DNA of 43,867 nucleotides from Burkholderiales bacterium (GTDB lineage Bacteria > Pseudomonadota > Gammaproteobacteria > Burkholderiales > Usitatibacteraceae): the NCBI GenBank assembly GCA_031368465.1, contig JANMNT010000015.1:1-43867 (forward strand). Reading direction: 5' to 3'. A program made the position numbers and the translations under genes. The notes beneath the pieces were generated by a model. That model did not search any database. It was not told where the DNA came from and saw nothing but the letters and a program-made list of their open reading frames with translations. This document shows positions 1-9,833 of this stretch, piece by piece (within the stretch, counting starts at the first letter, position 1; every line of letters starts with the position of its first letter).

Positions 1-2298
1 TTTACCAACGTCACCGAAGACGGTGGCAAAACATGGAAGCGCCTCAGCGAACAACACAAACACGTTGACAACCATGCGCTGTGGATCAACCCGGCCAATA
101 CCGACCACATGGTCAACGGCAATGATGGCGGTGTCTATGAAACATGGGACCGCGGTGCCAATTGGCAATTCAAAGCCAATCTGCCGGTGACTCAGTTTTA
201 TAGGGTGGCTGTTGATAACGCAACACCGTTTTACAACATCTATGGCGGCACTCAGGACAACAACACGCTGGGTGGCCCATCCCGCACCACAAGCATTCAT
301 GGCATTGTCAATTCAGACTGGTTTGTGACCGTTGGCGGTGACGGATTCTTCAGCGCAATTGATCCCACCGATCCCAACATCGTCTACTCCGAATGGCAAT
401 ACGGCGGGCTGGTACGCTTCGACCGAAAAACCGGTGAACGGGTTGACATCCAGCCCAAGGCTGCGCCCGGCGAGGCACCGTTACGTTGGCATTGGGACGC
501 GCCGGTATTGATCAGCCCGCACCAGCACAAACGCCTTTACTTCGCCGCGCAGCGCGTGTTTCGAAGCGACGATCGCGGTGACAACTGGACACCGGTCAGC
601 GGCGACCTGACCAGCGGCATCGATCGCAACAAGTTAAAAATGATGGGCCGCGTCTGGAGTGTTGATGCCGTGGCGAAGAACCACTCATCATCGCTTTACG
701 GCGGCATTGTTTCGTTGAATGAATCACCCAAGGCCGAAGGTCTGCTCTACGCAGGTACCGATGACGGCCTGATTCAGGTGTCTGAAAACGCCGGACAAAG
801 CTGGCGCAAAGTTGAAACTTTCCCGGGCGTGCCGGCCAACACGTTTGTGTCGGATATCAAATCATCGCCACACGACGCCAACGTTGTTTTTGCCGCGTTC
901 AACAATCACAAGATGTCGGACTTCAAACCGTATTTGTTGAAGAGTAACGATCGCGGCAGAACGTGGGTATCGATTGCCGGTGATTTGCCATTGCGGGGTT
1001 CCGTGCATACATTTGCAGAAGATCCTGCACGTGCCAATCTTTTTTACGTCGGCACCGAATTTGGATTGTTCTTTTCACCCGATGGCGGTAAACGCTGGAT
1101 TCAACTCAAGGGCGGCATGCCGACCATTGCCGTGCGTGATATCGCCATCCAGCAACGCGAGGGCGATCTGGTGGTTGGCACCTTTGGCCGCGGCTTTTTT
1201 GTGCTCGATGACCTGACCCCGTTACGTGTTGCCAGCGATGAAATGCTCGCGCGCGAGGCCGCGCTGATGCCGGTCAAGCCAGCGCATATGTACATTCCCA
1301 GACAGCAGATGGGCGGGCGTGAAAAAGCGTCTCAGGGGGCATCGTTTTTTGCCGCACCGAATCCTCCATTCGGCGCCATCTTTACCTACTACCTTAAGAA
1401 CGAACTAACCACAAAGAAACAAGCGCGTCGTGCCGATGAAAAGAAAATTGCAGCCAAAGGCGGCGATGTTTTTTATCCATCGTGGGAAGCGCTGGAACGT
1501 GAAACACGCGAACCGGAGCCGGCGATTGTGCTGACAATTTCCGACACCGGTGGCAATGTGGTGCGGCGTGTGACGGGGCCGACCAAGGCGGGACTGCAAC
1601 GGGTGAATTGGGACCTGCGTTACCCGGCGGCGAATCCAACAAGACTGAGTAGCGGGGACGAAGAAGACAATCCCTTCGCCGCCGGACCACGCGGTCCGCT
1701 CGCATTGCCCGGCACTTACACTGCTACCCTCGAAAAATGGGTTGATGGTGTCGCAACCAAACTTGCACCGCCTGTGACGTTCACCGCGGAAATCATGGGT
1801 ACCGCCACCCTGCCGGCACCAGACCGTGCCCGGGTGCTTGAATTCGCCACACGCACCGCAAACTTGCAACGCGCGGTGCTGGGCTCGGTCGAATTGGTCA
1901 GAGAAACCCGGCGCCGGCTCGACATCATGAAAAAATCGCTGATGGATACGCCGGCGGCGACACAACCGTTGATCACCCGTGTGCGTGATATCGAATCGCG
2001 CTTGAAGGACTTGGAAATAAAATTGAGCGGCGACCGGTTGCTCGCCAAGTATCAGGAGCCGGTACCGATGTCTATCAGCGATCGGGTGAACGGCATTGTC
2101 GGCTCGCTTTGGTCAAGCACCGCCGCCCCCACCGGCACCCAGCAACGCAGCTATGAATTTGCCGCTGCCGAATTTACGCCGGTACTGGAAAAATTGCGCA
2201 TATTGGTTGAGGCTGATTTGCGTCAATTGGATACACAGGCAGAGGCACTGGGCGCGCCATGGGTGCCCGGCCGTGTGCCGGTCTGGAAAGCAAAATAG
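1..2298 (+). CDS. BNR/Asp-box beta-propeller repeat protein (sortilin/VPS10-like family), 5'-truncated at the window edge
   Basis: Frame 1 is open from nt 1 ([14 protein letters not shown]...) to TAG 2296-2298, so the ORF-track Met at 109 is internal. Asp-box motifs of the form S-x-D-x-G-x-[TS]-W recur: [40 protein letters not shown]. Confidence 0.8.
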   Translation, partial: FTNVTEDGGKTWKRLSEQHKHVDNHALWINPANTDHMVNGNDGGVYETWDRGANWQFKANLPVTQFYRVAVDNATPFYNIYGGTQDNNTLGGPSRTTSIHGIVNSDWFVTVGGDGFFSAIDPTDPNIVYSEWQYGGLVRFDRKTGERVDIQPKAAPGEAPLRWHWDAPVLISPHQHKRLYFAAQRVFRSDDRGDNWTPVSGDLTSGIDRNKLKMMGRVWSVDAVAKNHSSSLYGGIVSLNESPKAEGLLYAGTDDGLIQVSENAGQSWRKVETFPGVPANTFVSDIKSSPHDANVVFAAFNNHKMSDFKPYLLKSNDRGRTWVSIAGDLPLRGSVHTFAEDPARANLFYVGTEFGLFFSPDGGKRWIQLKGGMPTIAVRDIAIQQREGDLVVGTFGRGFFVLDDLTPLRVASDEMLAREAALMPVKPAHMYIPRQQMGGREKASQGASFFAAPNPPFGAIFTYYLKNELTTKKQARRADEKKIAAKGGDVFYPSWEALERETREPEPAIVLTISDTGGNVVRRVTGPTKAGLQRVNWDLRYPAANPTRLSSGDEEDNPFAAGPRGPLALPGTYTATLEKWVDGVATKLAPPVTFTAEIMGTATLPAPDRARVLEFATRTANLQRAVLGSVELVRETRRRLDIMKKSLMDTPAATQPLITRVRDIESRLKDLEIKLSGDRLLAKYQEPVPMSISDRVNGIVGSLWSSTAAPTGTQQRSYEFAAAEFTPVLEKLRILVEADLRQLDTQAEALGAPWVPGRVPVWKAK

Positions 2299-2309
2299 CC
2301 AACCTCATA

Positions 2310-4604
2310 ATGCAAACTCCGGATCAACCCATCCTCAGAGACATCGTGCTGGTCGGCGGCGGGCATAGCCACGTCGGTGTCTTAAAAAGTTTTGGCATGC
2401 GGCCGATCCCGGGTGTGCGCATCACGCTCATCTGCACCGATATGCACACGCCCTACTCGGGCATGTTGCCGGGTTATGTCGCGGGGCATTACGACTACGA
2501 CGAGGTACATATCGACCTGAGCCGGCTGGCGGTGTTTGCCGGCGCGCGTTTGTATCGCGATGAAGTCATCGGCCTTGATCGCGTCAATAAAAAAGTGTTG
2601 TGCCGCAACCGCCCGCCGGTGCCGTACGATCAACTGTCGATCAATATTGGGTCGACGCCGCAGCTGGCACAGGTGCCGGGTGCAACCGAAAACGCGGTGG
2701 CGGTCAAACCGATCCAACGTTTTAACGAGCGTTGGTTGGCGCTGTTGGACAGGGTCAAACAACATCCGGGGAAATTGACCATTGCCGTGGTCGGTGCCGG
2801 CGCGGGTGGTGTCGAACTGTTGCTGGCGATGCAGTTTCGGTTGCGCAACGAGTTACAGGCACTCAAGCGAAATCCAGATGAACTGGTGTTTCATCTATTC
2901 ACCAACAGCCCGACCATCCTGCCGACGCACAATAACAACGTGCGCAAACGTTTTGACGCGGTGCTGGCGGCGCGTGGCGTGGTGGTGCATCGCAATGCCG
3001 GTGTCACGCTGGTCTCGGCGGGAAGTCTGCAAACCGCCAACGGTGAAACGTTCAGGGCGGATGAGATTGTCTGGGTCACCAGTGCCGGTGGCGCGCCGTG
3101 GTTGCGTGAAACAGGCTTGGCACTCGATGCCAATGGCTTTATCAATGTCGCTGATACCCTGCAGACGGTGACCGACGCGGGTATTTTTGCGGCAGGTGAT
3201 ATCGCCAACATGATCAACCACCCGCTGGAAAAAGCCGGTGTGTTTGCGGTGCGGCAGGGTCCGCCGCTGACCACAAATCTGCGGCTTGCGGTTGAGGGTG
3301 TGGCGCTGGTGGCGTATCGTCCGCAGCGCCGCTGGCTGGCATTGATCAGCACCGGCGACAAATACGCGGTGGCGTCACGCGGTTGGCTGAGCTTCGCCGG
3401 CAACGCGGTGTGGCAATGGAAAGATTGGATCGACCGGCGCTTTATGCGCAAGTTTCAGGACCTGACGCCGATGGTGATGGATGCATTGCCCGGCAACAGC
3501 GCAACCATTGCCGCGAGCCAGGTCAAGCTGAGTCAGGAAGAGTCACTACAGGCGATCTCGGCCATCGCCATGCGTTGTGGTGGTTGTGGTGCCAAGGTTG
3601 GTGCGACGGTGTTGTCACGCGCACTCAGCAACCTGCACCCGGTGGATCGTGATGATGTCGTGATCGGTCTCAAAGACCCGGACGACGCCGCCGTGGTGCG
3701 CGTGCCGCCGGGCAAGGCGATGGTGCATTCGGTGGATTTTTTCCGGTCGTTTATTGACGATCCTTATTTGTTTGGCAAGGTCGCCGCCAATCACGCACTC
3801 GGTGACATTTGGGCGATGGGCGCCGAGGCGCAATCGGCAACGGCGATTGCCACGGTGCCATCCGGGCTCGAATCAAAAGTTGAAGATGTGTTGTTTCAAA
3901 TGATGACCGGCGCACTCGAAGTGTTGAACGAAGCCAACTGCGCATTGGTCGGCGGGCATACCGGCGAAGGCAAGGAGCTCGCGCTCGGCTTTGCGGTGAA
4001 TGGCCTGATCGACGACGACCCGGCAAAAATTTTGCGCAAGAGCGGCATGCAACCGGGCGACGTGTTGATCCTGACCAAACCGATCGGCACCGGCACACTG
4101 TTTGCGGCCCACGCGCGCCTCGCCGCCAAGGGCCGCTGGATCGACGCGGCATTAACGTCGATGGTGGTGTCGAACCGGTTGGGTGCGCAGTGTTTGTTTA
4201 AACACGGTGCGACCGCCTGCACCGATCTCACCGGCTTCGGGCTGCTCGGGCACTTGGTTGAAATGACACGACCATCAGCGGTCGATGCCGAACTTAATTT
4301 GTCGGCGCTGCCGTTGCTCGATGGTGCTGAAGAATGTGTCGCCGCGGGTATCGTCAGCTCGCTGCAAGGTGCTAATGTCCGGTTGCGCCGCGCATTACGC
4401 AACCAGGAGGCGATGGTCAAGCATCCGCGCTACCCGCTGATTTTTGATCCACAAACCGCGGGCGGGTTGTTGGCGAGTGTGCCGGCCGATCAAGCCGAGG
4501 CGTGTATCGCCGCGCTGCGCGCGTTGGGCTACCCACACACCGTGGCGATTGGCCGCATCCTGCCGCAGGGCGATGCGATGGAACCGATTACGTTGACGGT
4601 GTGA
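2310..4604 (+). CDS. selD: bifunctional FAD/NAD(P)-dependent oxidoreductase (NADH dehydrogenase-like) / selenide, water dikinase SelD fusion
   Basis: ATG 2310 starts 12 nt after the upstream TAG, whereas the track start 2259 would overlap that gene. The N-terminal half has two Rossmann-type motifs (VLVGGGHSHVG, IAVVGAGAGGVE) and AAGDIA. The C-terminal half has the SelD active-site loop CGGCGAKV (Cys codon TGT 3585-3587, Lys codon 3594-3596) and PurM-like motifs (DDAAVV, LVGGHTGEG). Confidence 0.85.
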   Translation: MQTPDQPILRDIVLVGGGHSHVGVLKSFGMRPIPGVRITLICTDMHTPYSGMLPGYVAGHYDYDEVHIDLSRLAVFAGARLYRDEVIGLDRVNKKVLCRNRPPVPYDQLSINIGSTPQLAQVPGATENAVAVKPIQRFNERWLALLDRVKQHPGKLTIAVVGAGAGGVELLLAMQFRLRNELQALKRNPDELVFHLFTNSPTILPTHNNNVRKRFDAVLAARGVVVHRNAGVTLVSAGSLQTANGETFRADEIVWVTSAGGAPWLRETGLALDANGFINVADTLQTVTDAGIFAAGDIANMINHPLEKAGVFAVRQGPPLTTNLRLAVEGVALVAYRPQRRWLALISTGDKYAVASRGWLSFAGNAVWQWKDWIDRRFMRKFQDLTPMVMDALPGNSATIAASQVKLSQEESLQAISAIAMRCGGCGAKVGATVLSRALSNLHPVDRDDVVIGLKDPDDAAVVRVPPGKAMVHSVDFFRSFIDDPYLFGKVAANHALGDIWAMGAEAQSATAIATVPSGLESKVEDVLFQMMTGALEVLNEANCALVGGHTGEGKELALGFAVNGLIDDDPAKILRKSGMQPGDVLILTKPIGTGTLFAAHARLAAKGRWIDAALTSMVVSNRLGAQCLFKHGATACTDLTGFGLLGHLVEMTRPSAVDAELNLSALPLLDGAEECVAAGIVSSLQGANVRLRRALRNQEAMVKHPRYPLIFDPQTAGGLLASVPADQAEACIAALRALGYPHTVAIGRILPQGDAMEPITLTV

Positions 4605-4646
4605 TTGTCGGTACCGCGCGGTTTGTTGACGTGTAAATTCGCGTCG

Positions 4647-6026
4647 TCAAACCAGCGGCTTGAGCCCTTCAAGCAACGTCGGCAACAGCTCGCTAACCGT
4701 CGGATGAATATGCATGCCACGGTTGATTTGGGTATAGGGTTTGTCGGCATACATCACTTCCAATATCGACTGCACCACTTCATCGGCTGAAAGCCCGAGC
4801 AGGGAAGCGCCGAGGATGCGTTTGGTTTCGGCGTCGACCACGATCTTCATGAATCCCTGCGTTTCCCCTGATTCGCGTGCGCGCCCGACGCGGGTCATCA
4901 ACATTTTTGCACCGAGCAGCGGCCGGCCGATGGCGCGCGCCTCGTTAAAAGTCATGCCGACGCGCCCAAGCGGCGGGTCAATAAATAGTGCATAGGCCGG
5001 AATACGGTCAGTAACGCGCCGCGTATCGCCATCAAACATGTTGGCGGCGACGATCTCGTAGTCGTTCCACGCCGTGTGGGTAAACGCGCCGCGGCCATTG
5101 ACGTCACCGACCGCATAAACACCCGGCACATTGGTTTCGAGTTGATCATTGACCGTGATATAGCCGCGTGCATCAACCGCAATACCGGCGCGTTCGAGGC
5201 CGAGATCCTCGGTATTGGGTGAACGCCCGGTCGCCAGCGACAAATGGCTGCCTTCGATCTTCGGTACACCGCTGTCACATGCGACACCCACCGCAACGCC
5301 GTTGCCATTTGGTTCGACCGCAAGACAGGTCGCGCCCAGGCGCACCGCAATACCCTCGCGTTCCAGAATGGCTTTTACCTCGTCGGAGATATCCTCGTCC
5401 TCACGACCGATCAGGCGCGGCCCCATTTCGCAAACGGTGACTTCGGCGCCAAAGCGCCGGTACATCTGCGCAAATTCCAGCCCGATGTAACTGCCGCCGA
5501 TGACCACCAAATGTGGCGGAACAAAATCGATATCCATCATCGAGATATTGTTCAGGTGTGGCACGTTTTCGATGCCGCTCAGGCGCGGTGCCGCCGGACG
5601 CCCGCCGACGTTGATAAAAATACGATCGGCGCGGATGGTGCGGCCATCGACTGCGACGTCGTGTGCCGCAGTGAAACGCGCGTGGCCTTTGATCACGCTG
5701 ACATTTTTTGCGCTGGTCATCCAGTTGCCCACGCCGTTGCGCGACGCGTCGACGATGGCGTCTTTGCGCGCCTTGACCGCCCGCATATCGACACGCGGCG
5801 GCTGATCGAGCACCACACCGAATTCACCCGCGCGGCGCGCCAACGCGGCAACACGTGCCGAGGCGACCAGCGTTTTGGTCGGGATGCAGCCATTGTTGAC
5901 ACAAGTGCCGCCCATTTGATCGCGTTCGATCAGGATTGTCTTCAGGCCCATTCTCCCGCACCGTGCCGCGAGCGCCGGTCCGGCCTGACCGGCCCCAATC
6001 ACAATTGCATCGACATGCTCAACCAT
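4647..6026 (-). CDS. class I pyridine nucleotide-disulfide oxidoreductase (glutathione/mercuric-reductase-like FAD flavoprotein)
   Basis: AGGAGG lies 5 nt upstream of ATG 6026, so the track start 6170 adds 48 unsupported codons. Motifs: FAD motif IGAGQAGP, redox-active disulfide GGTCVNNGCIPTK, second Rossmann VVIGGSYIGLE, and dimerisation-domain end HIHPTVSE. There is no N-terminal HMA domain. Confidence 0.85.
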   Translation of the reverse strand: MVEHVDAIVIGAGQAGPALAARCGRMGLKTILIERDQMGGTCVNNGCIPTKTLVASARVAALARRAGEFGVVLDQPPRVDMRAVKARKDAIVDASRNGVGNWMTSAKNVSVIKGHARFTAAHDVAVDGRTIRADRIFINVGGRPAAPRLSGIENVPHLNNISMMDIDFVPPHLVVIGGSYIGLEFAQMYRRFGAEVTVCEMGPRLIGREDEDISDEVKAILEREGIAVRLGATCLAVEPNGNGVAVGVACDSGVPKIEGSHLSLATGRSPNTEDLGLERAGIAVDARGYITVNDQLETNVPGVYAVGDVNGRGAFTHTAWNDYEIVAANMFDGDTRRVTDRIPAYALFIDPPLGRVGMTFNEARAIGRPLLGAKMLMTRVGRARESGETQGFMKIVVDAETKRILGASLLGLSADEVVQSILEVMYADKPYTQINRGMHIHPTVSELLPTLLEGLKPLV

Positions 6027-6268
6027 CCTGACCTCCTGTTTAATTGCCACCTGTTGGTTCCATTGGTCGTTTGCGCCAGCCGTCAGCTTACGCCTGCTTG
6101 GTTGATTTGTTTGTGCGACAGAATACGCGCGCGCCGCCGCGGTTGACAGCCACATGATTTCAACCGGCAAATTGGGGTAAATTTGAGTCCCGCAGGTTCT
6201 TGTTCACATTTCCATCCCATATTCCCGATGCGACAATCGTTCGGGCCTAGAAAGCGGCAACTGTCGAT

Positions 6269-7126
6269 ATGCTGAGTTACCGCCACGCCTTCCATGCCGG
6301 CAATCACGCCGATGTGTTGAAGCACTATGTGCTCACCGAGCTGATCCGGTATTTCTGCCAGAAAGAGACCGCGTTTTGGTTTGTTGATACCCACGCTGGC
6401 GCCGGGGTGTACGCGCTCGATACCGGCTACGCAACCAAACTGGCCGAACACGTTGATGGTGTCGGCCGGCTGTGGAGCCGTCACGACCTACCGGCCCCAC
6501 TCGAAGCGTATGTTGATCTGGTGCGCGAGCTCAACCCCGACGGCCTGTTGCGCGCGTATCCCGGCTCGCCGTGGATCGCCCAACGCCTGACCCGGCCACA
6601 AGATCGACTGCGGTTGTTTGAATTACACAGCAGCGACAGCGCGTTGTTGCAGGAGAACTTTCGGGCGCTCGGGCCGGCGGCGCAGCGCCGCACCATCATC
6701 GCATCGACCGACGGCATCGCCGGACTCAAGTCGGTGTTGCCGCCGTTGCCACGGCGTGGATTGGTGTTGATCGACCCGTCGTTCGAAGACAAAAACGACT
6801 ACAACAATATCCCGGCCATGCTCAACGATGCACTGACACGCTTTGCCACCGGCACCTATGTGCTGTGGTATCCGCAGTTGTCGCGCACTGATAGCGCACG
6901 CCTGCCGGAGGTGCTCAAGACGTTGCCGGCAAAAAGTTGGCTGCACGTTGCGTTGAGCGTATCGACACCGGCGCCGGACGGATTTGGCATGCACGGCAGC
7001 GGATTGTTTATCCTCAATCCGCCGTGGACGCTGCACAAACTGTTGGCGGAAATAATGCCGTATCTGGTGACGGTGTTGGGTCGCGATGCCGGCGCGGGAT
7101 TTGTGCTCGAACAACACGAAAACTGA
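6269..7126 (+). CDS. rlmJ: 23S rRNA (adenine2030-N6)-methyltransferase RlmJ
   Basis: The N-terminus MLSYRHAFHAGNHADVLKH is characteristic of RlmJ/YhiR. A motif IV-like LIDPSFED is present. Length is 285 aa. Confidence 0.85.
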   Translation: MLSYRHAFHAGNHADVLKHYVLTELIRYFCQKETAFWFVDTHAGAGVYALDTGYATKLAEHVDGVGRLWSRHDLPAPLEAYVDLVRELNPDGLLRAYPGSPWIAQRLTRPQDRLRLFELHSSDSALLQENFRALGPAAQRRTIIASTDGIAGLKSVLPPLPRRGLVLIDPSFEDKNDYNNIPAMLNDALTRFATGTYVLWYPQLSRTDSARLPEVLKTLPAKSWLHVALSVSTPAPDGFGMHGSGLFILNPPWTLHKLLAEIMPYLVTVLGRDAGAGFVLEQHEN

Positions 7127-7165
7127 GTACCGGAAACACATTGCTGATTAACCAGGGAGTCTGAC

Positions 7166-7786
7166 ATGTTAAATATCTGGGGCCGTCTCACATCGGTCAA
7201 TGTCCAAAAGGTGGTGTGATGCGCCGACGAGCTCGGCCTCGACTATGAACGGATTGACGCCGGCGGCAAATTCGGTCTGGTCGATACACCCGACTACCGG
7301 GCGATGAATCCAAACGGGCAGATCCCGGTGATTGACCATGACGGCTTTGTGTTGTGGGAATCGAATGCGATTGTGCGCTATATGGCATCGCGATTTGGAG
7401 CCGGCAACCTTTACCCGGACAAACTGCAATTGCGTGCCGACGCCGACCGCTGGATGGATTGGCAGGCAACCACGTTCAACCCGGCGATCGGCCCGCTGTT
7501 TATTCAACTCATTCGCACTGCCGCGGATCAGCGTGATACCGCTTTGATCGGCAGGGCACAAATCGATGCTGAAAAGAAACTGACGATTCTCGATACACAC
7601 CTTGCCAGTCACGAATATGTGACCGGCGCGACCTTCACCATGGGCGATATTCCGTTGGCCTGTTCGGTGGATCGCTGGATGAAACTGCCGTTGGAAAAAG
7701 CGGCATTCACTAATGTGTCCCGCTGGTACAACACGGTTCGCCTTCGTCAAGGTGGGCGGCAGGTGGTGGCATTGGCGCTGTCGTAA
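7166..7786 (+). pseudogene. GstB/YliJ-like glutathione S-transferase interrupted by an in-frame TGA at 7217-7219
   Basis: ATG 7166 opens MLNIWGRLTSVNVQKVV, then TGA, then CADELGLDYERIDAGGKFGLVDTPDYRAMNPNGQIPV... in the same frame as track ORF 7304..7786. The whole reading is colinear with full-length GST N-termini (thioredoxin-fold beta1-alpha1). The 160-aa ORF alone would lack that part. Confidence 0.7.
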
Positions 7787-7975
7787 CCGACACCGGCCCG
7801 CGTTTGAGGCGCCTTTTCTGCGTTCTGTCGCATCAGACTGGTTGACGTCACCGGTTACGGGCACCATGCGGGTCATCCATCAGGATGGGTTGCCGCGTCC
7901 AATCGCGACTGATCCTGCCGCCGCCGTCACCACCAATAACCACCACCCGGTCAACGACCGACAGGGGATTCCCGC

Positions 7976-9796
7976 ATGAAACGTGTCTTTAAATGGCTCG
8001 GCATTGTCGTTTTGACCCTGCTGACGCTGGCCACCGCGCTGGGTTTGCATACCTGGTACGCCAAGCCGCTGTCGATTGATTGGTTTTACACCAAGATGTT
8101 TGCCTCGTTTGCGCTCGACAATCCCGAGTTGCTGACCCAATTACGTCTGCTTGAACCCGTCGGCATTCGCGGCCACAACGCCAAGCTATCGGACTCATCC
8201 CCCGCCGAAGAAGAACGGCAATTCGCCAAGTTAAAGGCAAATTACGCGACGCTAAAAAGTTACGACAGCAGCAAATACACCGGTCAGGACAAACTTTCAT
8301 ACGACGTGCTCGAGTACTTTATGGGCAGCCAAGTGCGCGGTGAGGCCTTCAAATATCACAACTATCCGGTCAACCAGATGTTTGGCATCCAAAGCGGGCT
8401 GCCGAATTTGCTGACCGAGACCCAGCAGGTCAACGATGCCACCGACGCAGAACACTATCTGGCACGGATGGCACTGTTCCCGCGCAAGATGGATGAAGTG
8501 ATTGAAAGTTTGCAACTGCGCGAGAGTAAAAAAATCATCCCGCCAAAGTTTGTGGTGGAAAAAGTCGGCGAACAAATCAAAACATTCATGGCGCCCGGTG
8601 CCGCCGGCAATACGCTGGTGGTGTCCTTGAAGGAAAAACTCGCCAAGATCCCCGCCGACAAAATGGATCAAGCCACCCGCGACGCGCTGGTCAAGCATGC
8701 CACCGATAGCGTCACCGCCAATGTGCTGCCCGCCTACACCAAGCTTGCCGCCTATATAGAGACCCTTCGCAGCAAGGCACTGACGAACGACGGCGTGTGG
8801 GCATTGCCCGACGGTGAAAAATTCTACGCGTACCAGATCGAAGCGCAGACCACCACCAAGATGAAGGCCGAGGAGTTGCACGCGCTTGGTTTGAGCGAAG
8901 TTGCCCGTATTGGCGCCGAGATGGACAAGATTCTCGACGCAGCAGGCTACAAACAGTCAACCCGTTTGCAGCGCATTGAGGCGCTGGCGAAATCACCGTC
9001 GCAACTGTACCCACCAACCGACGAGGGGCGTGCGCAGATTCTGAAAGACTTCACCGCGATGATCACCGAGGTATCGGCGGGGATTGACCCGTATTTCGGC
9101 ATCAAACCCAAAGCGAAAATTTCGGTTGAACGCGTGCCAACGTTCACCGAAACGACCGCGCCGCTGGCTTATTACAATGGACCGGCGCTGGATGGCTCCA
9201 GGCCGGGTACGTTTTACGTCAACCTATATAAGCCGCAGGACCTGCAAAAATTTGGCATGCGTACGCTTGCGTATCACGAGGCGGTGCCGGGGCATCACTT
9301 TCAGATCGCGATTGCACAGGAACTCAAGGGGCTGCCGATTTTCCGCAATGTCCTGCCGTTCACCGCCTATGCCGAAGGCTGGGCGTTATATACCGAACAA
9401 CTCGCGTGGGAGTTGGGCTTTCAAAAAAATCCACTCGACAATCTCGGCCGCCTGCAGGCGGAAATGTTCCGTGCGGTACGGTTGGTTGTGGATACCGGCA
9501 TCCACCAAAAGCGCTGGACGCGCGAACAATCAATCGACTACATGCTGGCCAATACCGGCATGCCGGAGCAGGAAGTGATTTCTGAAATTGAACGCTACTT
9601 TGTGATCCCGGGTCAGGCGCTGGCGTACAAGGTCGGCATGATCAAGATGTTGCAGTTGCGTGAAAAAGCCAAACTGGCGCTGGGTGCGAAATTTAATCTG
9701 CGGGACTTTCACGATGCGGTGTTGAAAAACGGGTCGCTGCCGCTGGACGTCCTGGCGCAGGTGGTTGACGCGTACATCGCGGAGAAAAAACGCTAG
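7976..9796 (+). CDS. DUF885 family protein (putative metallopeptidase-like), N-terminal membrane anchor/signal
   Basis: AGGGGA lies upstream of ATG 7976. There is a hydrophobic N-terminus and the DUF885-typical HEAVPGHHFQ motif. Length is 606 aa. Confidence 0.8.
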   Translation: MKRVFKWLGIVVLTLLTLATALGLHTWYAKPLSIDWFYTKMFASFALDNPELLTQLRLLEPVGIRGHNAKLSDSSPAEEERQFAKLKANYATLKSYDSSKYTGQDKLSYDVLEYFMGSQVRGEAFKYHNYPVNQMFGIQSGLPNLLTETQQVNDATDAEHYLARMALFPRKMDEVIESLQLRESKKIIPPKFVVEKVGEQIKTFMAPGAAGNTLVVSLKEKLAKIPADKMDQATRDALVKHATDSVTANVLPAYTKLAAYIETLRSKALTNDGVWALPDGEKFYAYQIEAQTTTKMKAEELHALGLSEVARIGAEMDKILDAAGYKQSTRLQRIEALAKSPSQLYPPTDEGRAQILKDFTAMITEVSAGIDPYFGIKPKAKISVERVPTFTETTAPLAYYNGPALDGSRPGTFYVNLYKPQDLQKFGMRTLAYHEAVPGHHFQIAIAQELKGLPIFRNVLPFTAYAEGWALYTEQLAWELGFQKNPLDNLGRLQAEMFRAVRLVVDTGIHQKRWTREQSIDYMLANTGMPEQEVISEIERYFVIPGQALAYKVGMIKMLQLREKAKLALGAKFNLRDFHDAVLKNGSLPLDVLAQVVDAYIAEKKR

Positions 9797-9807
9797 GAAT
9801 CGGATTT

Positions 9808-9833
9808 AAAACACCCCTATTGGCGGGTGTTTT
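9808..9833. terminator. intrinsic-terminator-like hairpin between convergent genes
   Basis: AAAACACCC-ctattggc-GGGTGTTTT forms a 9-bp stem with a T-run on the plus strand and, because of the flanking A-run, on the minus strand too. It lies 12 nt after the DUF885 stop. It is also the first 26 nt of repeat copy A. Confidence 0.6.

Noticed and set aside
2259-2309. ORF-track N-terminal extensions. Examples are 2259 for selD, 6170 for the reductase, 12657 for GMC, 15521 for deoD, 36095 and 34581 for the secreted proteins, 38084 for the crystallin gene, and 32121 and 33085.
   Set aside because: Each extension overlaps the upstream gene or lacks an SD. In each case an internal ATG with a good SD or a canonical family N-terminus is available.
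4620-4653. Imperfect hairpin GGTTTG-tt-GACG...CGTC-gt-CAAACC between selD and the convergent reductase, considered as a terminator.
   Set aside because: It has an internal mismatch loop and no T-run on either strand, and one arm overlaps the reductase stop codon. This is too weak to call.
5244-6146. 300-aa plus-strand ORF antisense to the disulfide reductase gene.
   Set aside because: It is a shadow ORF of a GC-rich gene. The translation is Arg/Ala/His-rich with no recognisable motif, and the opposite strand has an unambiguous flavoprotein.
7223-7237. Hairpin GCCGA-cgagc-TCGGC right after the in-frame TGA, considered as a bacterial SECIS.
   Set aside because: The stem is only 5 bp and starts 3 nt after the UGA, and the loop lacks the usual exposed G/U features. 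Canonical bSECIS apical loops lie roughly 16-37 nt downstream. The interrupted residue is hydrophobic in homologues rather than Cys.
7169-7876. 235-aa minus-strand ORF covering the GST locus.
   Set aside because: It is antisense to a clearly GST-like frame, and its translation is low-complexity and Arg-rich.
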